Of a stretch of DNA of 15,107 bases, positions 9,801-15,107 are shown piece after piece (within the stretch, counting starts at the first letter, position 1; each line of letters begins with the position of its first letter). The stretch lies in NCBI GenBank assembly GCA_030141605.1, contig JAQGDQ010002097.1:1-15107 (forward strand), in the 5' to 3' direction. Origin of the DNA: Tubiluchus corallicola. Lineage: Eukaryota; Animalia; Priapulida. Below the pieces are notes generated by a model, which saw only the letters and a list, made by a program, of their open reading frames with translations, did no database searches and was not told the origin of the DNA. The position numbers were made by a program, and so were the translations under genes.

Positions 9801-10807
9801 GTAATGTCTATTCTTGTAATCTCTAACTAGGCTTACTGGTGTGAATGTTTGACTGGATTACTGACTGACTGACTGACTGACTTCTGACACTTAGACTGCA
9901 CTCGTGTGTGCTTAAACATGGGGCAAATACATGCGTGGAAAATAAGCAGAATTGGACTGGTAATGTCTGTTCTTGTAATCGCTAACTAGGCTTACTGGTG
10001 TGAATGTTTGACTGGATTACTGACTGACTGACTTCTGACACTTAGACTGCACTCGTGTGCTGCTTAAACACGGGGCAAATACATGCGTGGAAAATAAGCA
10101 GAATTGGACTGGTAATGTCTGTTCTTGTAATCGCTAAGCAGGCTTACTGGTGTGAATGTTTGACTGGATACTGACTGACTGACTTCTGACACTTAGACTG
10201 CACTCGTGTGCTGCTTAAACATGGGGCAAACACGTGCGTGGAGAATAGGCAGAATTGGACTGGTAATGTCTATTCTTGTAATCGCTAAGCAGGCTTACTG
10301 GTGTGAATGTTTGACTGGATTACTGACTGACTGGCTGACTGACTTCTGACAGACTGCACTCGTGTGCTGCTTAAACACGGGGCAAATACGTGCGTGGAGA
10401 ATAGGCAGAATTGGACTGGTAATGTCTATTCTTGTAATTGCTAAGCAGGCTTACTGGTGTGAATGTCTGACTGGATTACTGACTGACTGACTAACTGACT
10501 TCTGACACTTAGACTGCACTTGTGTGCTGCTTAAACATGGGGCAAATACATGCATGGAAAATAAGCAGAATTGGACTGGTAATGTCTATTCTTGTAATCG
10601 CTAACTAGGCTTACTGGCGTGAATGTCTGACTGACTGACTGACTTCTGACACTTGGACTGCACTCGTGTGCTGCTTAAACACGGGGCAAAGACATGCGTG
10701 GAGAATAGGCAGAATTGGACTAGTAATGTCTATTCTTGTAATCGCTAAGCAGGCTTACTGGTGTGAATGTTTGACTGGATTACTGACTGACTGACTGACT
10801 TCTGACA
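9726..10807. repeat. 144-160-bp tandem repeat, 7 copies, made of the last 75 nt of exon A + donor + intron start with a (CTGA)n tract
   Basis: Units start at 9726, 9886, 10037, 10188, 10348, 10504, 10648; length variation is mostly (CTGA)n copy number. Confidence 0.97.
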
Positions 10808-10845
10808 GTCTGATTATATTGTTACTTGTGAGATGAGATTGCGAG

Positions 10846-11120
10846 TATCTCGGTTTGCCGGACAAAAGCGGGGAGACATCTTTCCGAATTTGCCGATTGC
10901 TCGTTTTTACCGATACTAAGCCAATGCAGTAGGCGGTCTATTAGACTCATGGTAATGTAGAATCAATCGCCTAATTGTGTCAATACGTGTAGTACGTGCC
11001 GCTGCGGACATACAACATACAAGCTATACACGTGCTGCACTGATGTAATGATGTAAACAAAGTGACGGCTTCTGATATTCGGTGATATCTGGCAAATGTG
11101 AGGTCCGGCAAACCGAGATA
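10846..11120. mobile_element. MITE-like element bounded by an 18-bp perfect inverted repeat
   Basis: TATCTCGGTTTGCCGGAC (10846-10863) and GTCCGGCAAACCGAGATA (11103-11120); CpG-richer interior; TSD not identified. Confidence 0.55.
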
Positions 11121-11171
11121 TGAGCGTAATAAGTTTTTCATAGTTTTGTTGTGCGCATGCGCAGTTGCTGT

Positions 11172-11805
11172 AGGTCAAAGGTTAAGTGTGTGGGTCTTAG
11201 CTACTATCGCCAAGTGACATGTGGGTAATGCAAAGCCGCCTGCTGCATCAGTTCAGTACCTTCAGTTGTTTTGCATGGACTTTGCTTAATTATACACTAT
11301 GCTGTGCATACAGTGATTTAATAACAGAATCTTGCTAGGTAAAGCAAAGTCATCTGCTGCTCCATTCAGTAAGTGCAGTTGTTTTACATTGACTTTGTTT
11401 ATTGTACACTAGTCTGTGCGTACAGTGATTTACTAACAGAAACTTGCTGGGTAAAGCAAAGCCATCTGCTGCTCCATTTAGTAAGTTTAGTTGTTTTACA
11501 TGGACTTTACTTAATTATGCATTAGTCTGTGCGTACAGTGATTTACTAACAGAAACTTGATGGGTAAAGCAAAGTCATCTGCTGTTCCATTCAGTAAGTT
11601 CAGTTGTTTTACATGGACTTTACTTAATTATACATTAGTCTGTGAGTAGAGTGATTTACTAACAGGTCTTACTTGGGAACAAGAAAAAATGAACTAGGTA
11701 AGGTTCTAGCTAGCAGTTGAAACTGTTACTATTACAACAGCATAGGCTGCAAGGTGTTGTCAAGTGTACATAAATGCGTTGTCTGCTACACTTAACCTTT
11801 GACCT
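11172..11805. repeat. 18-bp perfect inverted-repeat pair enclosing a tandem array
   Basis: AGGTCAAAGGTTAAGTGT (11172-11189) and ACACTTAACCTTTGACCT (11788-11805). Confidence 0.85.
11223..11665. repeat. ~113-bp tandem repeat, ~4 copies
   Basis: Anchor GCAAAG..CTGCTG recurs at 11231, 11344, 11456, 11569; first copy most diverged. Confidence 0.93.
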
Positions 11806-11865
11806 TTCCACGATCATCATCAATCGCTTGAACCGTGTAAAGGCTCATTCATTTGTTTTCTACAG

Positions 11866-11990
11866 TACTCCATGAAGCGACGGCAACGGGTGATCCGGAG
11901 TTGTTACAGACGGTTCTGCATTACAGAGATTACCAAAGATTCGTTTCCAGGGCAGCGGCCATTCCTACGGTACTCCAACGTCTCATGGAG
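11866..11990 (+). CDS. ANKRD13: ANKRD13-family internal exon B
   Basis: TTTTCTACAG| 125 nt |GTAAGT; (V)LHEATATGDPELLQTVLHYRDYQRFVSRAAAIPTVLQRLME; phase 1 to phase 0. Confidence 0.93.
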
Positions 11991-12393
11991 GTAAGTTGTC
12001 TTCATTTGTAAATACGACAGTGACATCTATGAGTATTAACGTGAATTATTGGAGTACTACTGCCAGTTTAATCAGTTTATGTAAGCTATTTTACTTGCTG
12101 TATGTCGTGTCTCCCCATTTTAACTTTCTTTAGGGTTCTTGAAGTTTTTTCTCGTTTAAAGGAAACAACAACGTTATGTTAAAGCAAAAACTAATGCTTA
12201 GAGAGTGTAGAATTTACTAAAATTTCAAGGAAAAATGTTAAAGGAAAACCGGACGATTGTTTAGACTCAATCTCATTTTGATTTACTGTCCAAAATATAC
12301 ATTTTGTTGCCTATAAACGTTAACAATTGTTCCTTATATTTGAATAATTAGCTTAGAAAGTTAATTAACGGCAACTGAACATACCTGTTGCTT

Positions 12394-12782
12394 ACGTCAG
12401 AAACAAACAACTGTTTGTGCAATGGCAGGCATCTTCCCTTGCGCATCAAGCACGTTTGCATAAGTGTTACAGTTTTGTTTAAATGCATGTCACAAAAAAT
12501 GGGCTCTACATCATATGACGTCAGAAACTAACCACATCTTGTGCAATGGCAGGCGTCTTCCCTGCGCATCAAGCACGTTTGCGTAAGTGTTACAGTATTG
12601 TTTAAACGCATGATGTCACGAAAAATGGGCTCTACATCATATGACGTCAGAAACTAACCACATCTTGTGCAATGGCAGGCATCTTCCCTTGCGCATCAAG
12701 CACGTTTGCATAAGTGTTACAGTATTGTTTAAATGCATGTCACAAAAAATGGGCTCTACATCATATGACGTCAGAAACTAAC
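12394..12782. repeat. ~124-bp tandem repeat, ~3.1 copies
   Basis: ACGTCAGAAAC recurs at 12394, 12518, 12644, 12768. Confidence 0.95.
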
Positions 12783-12953
12783 ACTGCAGTTTATGATCAT
12801 GCTCATCACGGTACCACGAAAAAAATCTGGAACATGCTGCTAATGTGATATTCTGTTGTTTTTGTCTTTCGAGAGTTTTTGCATTCGCCTATGCGCAGAA
12901 TTGAACCCGGTACTTCTGTGGTTGGCATGTTACTGGGATTTCTTTGTTTACAG

Positions 12954-13143
12954 GCTCCAGATTTCTATGCAGAGATGACGTGGGAGTTCACCAGTTGGGT
13001 ACCCCTCGTGTCTCGGGTGTGCCCGAGCGACACGTACCGGGTGTACAAAAGAGGCGCCGCAGTGAGGATCGATACGACGCTGCTGGGTTTCGATCAGATG
13101 AGCTGGCAAAGGGGCAGCAGAAGTTATATTTTCAAAGGGGAAG
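12954..13143 (+). CDS. ANKRD13: ANKRD13-family internal exon C (start of the conserved post-ankyrin domain)
   Basis: TTTACAG| 190 nt |GTAAGT; [63 protein letters not shown], the signature ANKRD13 motif block. Confidence 0.95.
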
Positions 13144-13259
13144 GTAAGTGGAAGTTATATTTTCAAAGGGGAAGGTATGTGGAAGTTATATTTTCAAAGG
13201 GGAAGGTAAGTGGAAGTTATATTTTTGAAAGGGGAAGGTATGTGGAAGTTATATTTTGA
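13120..13259 (+). repeat. 31/32-bp minisatellite spanning the exon C donor, ~4.5 copies
   Basis: GAAGTTATATTTTCAAAGGGGAAG|GTA(A/T)GTG at 13120, 13151, 13182, 13213, 13245 (partial); degenerate echoes to ~13460. Confidence 0.95.
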
Positions 13260-13456
13260 GGAGGTGGGGAGTTTTTGCAGAGAGTGGAGCGGTGGTATGG
13301 AAATAAGAGTTTTGAAAAAAGGGGTAGCAGGCTCATATTTCAGTAGTTTTCGCTGGCAGTAGCGGCTATACTCGTGAAGGAAGTTATATTTTTGAGGTGG
13401 TATGAAGTTATATTTGAAAGGCGGTTGTGTAGCAGTAAGTAGCTATATTAAAAGGG

Positions 13457-13746
13457 GAAGCTAAATAGGTAATGAATAAACAGACAAATAAAGAAATTGA
13501 TACAGTAAATTATGCACTAATTATGTATTTAACAGAAGCTAAATAGGTAATGAATAAACAGACCAGTAAAGAAATTGATACAGTAACTTAAGCACTAATT
13601 ATGTATTTAACAGAAGCTAAATAGGTAATGAATAAACAGACCAGTAAAGAAATTGATACAGTAACTTATGCACTAATTATGTATTTACAGAAGCCAAACA
13701 GGTAATGATTAAGCAGACCTGTAGAAAAGAAATTGATGCAGTAACA
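13457..13746. repeat. 78-bp tandem repeat, ~3.7 copies
   Basis: GAAGC(T/C)AAA(T/C)AGGTAATGA recurs at 13457, 13535, 13613, 13690. Confidence 0.93.
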
Positions 13747-13879
13747 AATAGGGAAGTGTTTGAAAATAAAGTTAAAAGAATTGAACTGCTTTGTACACTA
13801 AGAGAAGGCTTATTAGGGTACAATAAAACAAAGTTGACCTGACTTTATTTTCTTTTATTTATTTCGTTTTTCTTTCTTC

Positions 13880-15017
13880 TAACTTCTACTTACTTTCCCC
13901 TTTCAAAAATATAACTTGCACTTACCTTCCCCTTTCAAAAATATAACTTCCACTTACCTTCCCCTTTGAAAATATAACTTCCACTTACCTTCCCCTTTCA
14001 AAAATATAACTTCCGCTTACCTTCCCCTTTCAAAAATATAACTTCCGCTTACCTTCCCCTTTCAAAAATATAACTTCCACTTACCTTCCCCCTTTCAAAA
14101 ATATAACTTCCACATACCTTCCCCTTTGAAAACATAACTTCTGCTTACTTTCCCCTTTCAAAAATATAACTTCCACTTACCTTCCCCTTTGAAAATATAA
14201 CTTCCGCTTACCTTCCCCTTTCAAAAATATAACTTCCACATACCTTCCCCTTTCAAAAATATAACTTCCGCTTACCTTCCCCTTTCAAAAATATAACTTC
14301 TGCTTACCTTCCCCTTTGAAAATATAACTTCCGCTTACCTTCCCCTTTGAAAATATAACTTCCACTTACCTTCCCCTTTCAAAAATATAACTTCCACTTA
14401 CCTTCCCCTTTCAAAAATATAACTTCCACTTACCTTCCCCTTTCAAAAATATAACTTCCACTTACCTTCCCCTTTCAAAAATATAACTTCCGCTTACCTT
14501 CCCCTTTCAAAAATATAACTTCCACTTACCTTCCCCTTTGAAAATATAACTTCCACTTACCTTCCCCTTTGAAAATATAACTTCCACTTACTTTCCCCTT
14601 TCAAAAATATAACTTCCGCTTACCTTCCCCTTTCAAAAATATAACTTCCACTTACCTTCCCCTTTGAAAATATAACTTCCGCTTACCTTCCCCTTTGAAA
14701 ATATAACTTCCGCTTACCTTCCCCTTTGAAAATATAACTTCCACTTACTTTCCCCTTTGAAAATATAACTTCCGCTTATTTTCCCCTTTCAAAAATATAA
14801 CTTCCACTTACCTTCCCCTTTCAAAAATATAACTTCCACTTACCTTCCCCTTTCAAAAATATAACTTCTCTACCTTCCCCTTTAAAATATAACTTCCCTA
14901 TTCCCCTTTAAAATATAACTTCCACTTACCTTCCCCTTTCAAAAATATAACTTCCACTTACCTTCCCCTTTCAAAAATATAACTTCCACTTACCTTCCCC
15001 TTTGAAAATATAACTTC
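13880..15017 (-). repeat. Inverted array of the exon C donor minisatellite, ~36 copies
   Basis: Plus-strand unit C(A/G)CTTACCTTCCCCTTT(GAAAA|CAAAAA)TATAACTTC is the reverse complement of the 13120-13259 unit; copy number estimated from length. Confidence 0.97.
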
Positions 15018-15107
15018 TGCTGCCCCTTTGCCAGCTCATCTGATCGAAACCCAGCAGCGTCGTGTCGATCCTCACTGCGGCGCCTCTTTTGTACACCCGG
15101 TACGTGT
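14994..15107 (-). other. ANKRD13: Inverted duplicate of ANKRD13 exon C (3' 114 nt visible; runs off the window end)
   Basis: Reverse complement of 13030-13143 with one difference (T13073 vs C at 15064 on the minus strand; GAT>GAC, Asp, synonymous); donor GTAAGT intact. Confidence 0.95.

Noticed and set aside
12879-13259. 126-aa ORF as a standalone gene
   Set aside because: It is exon C read through into flanking intron and the donor minisatellite.
13880-15017. CRISPR array or telomeric repeat
   Set aside because: Head-to-tail units with no unique spacers, eukaryotic context, and the unit derives from the exon C junction.

Overview
AT-rich animal (invertebrate-like) genomic DNA. It contains a complete single-exon CDS for exostosin-2 (EXT2, 3536-5692, +) and three internal coding exons of an ANKRD13-family gene (9665-9800, 11866-11990, 12954-13143, +). 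I could not find the first coding exon or the downstream exons of that gene in the window. Non-coding DNA holds six tandem-repeat families, a hAT-type MITE, a pogo/Tigger-like end, a tRNA-derived SINE fragment and two 18-bp inverted-repeat pairs. The most unusual signal is that two ANKRD13 exon/5'-splice-site junctions have each been amplified into tandem arrays. In the ~150-bp array, most copies have gained an AG and look like in-frame 66-nt cassette exons. The 31-bp donor-site minisatellite reappears ~36 times in inverted orientation, attached to an inverted near-identical copy of the exon; this is either a real fold-back or an assembly/haplotype artefact. All calls come from reading the sequence by eye, with no database searches.
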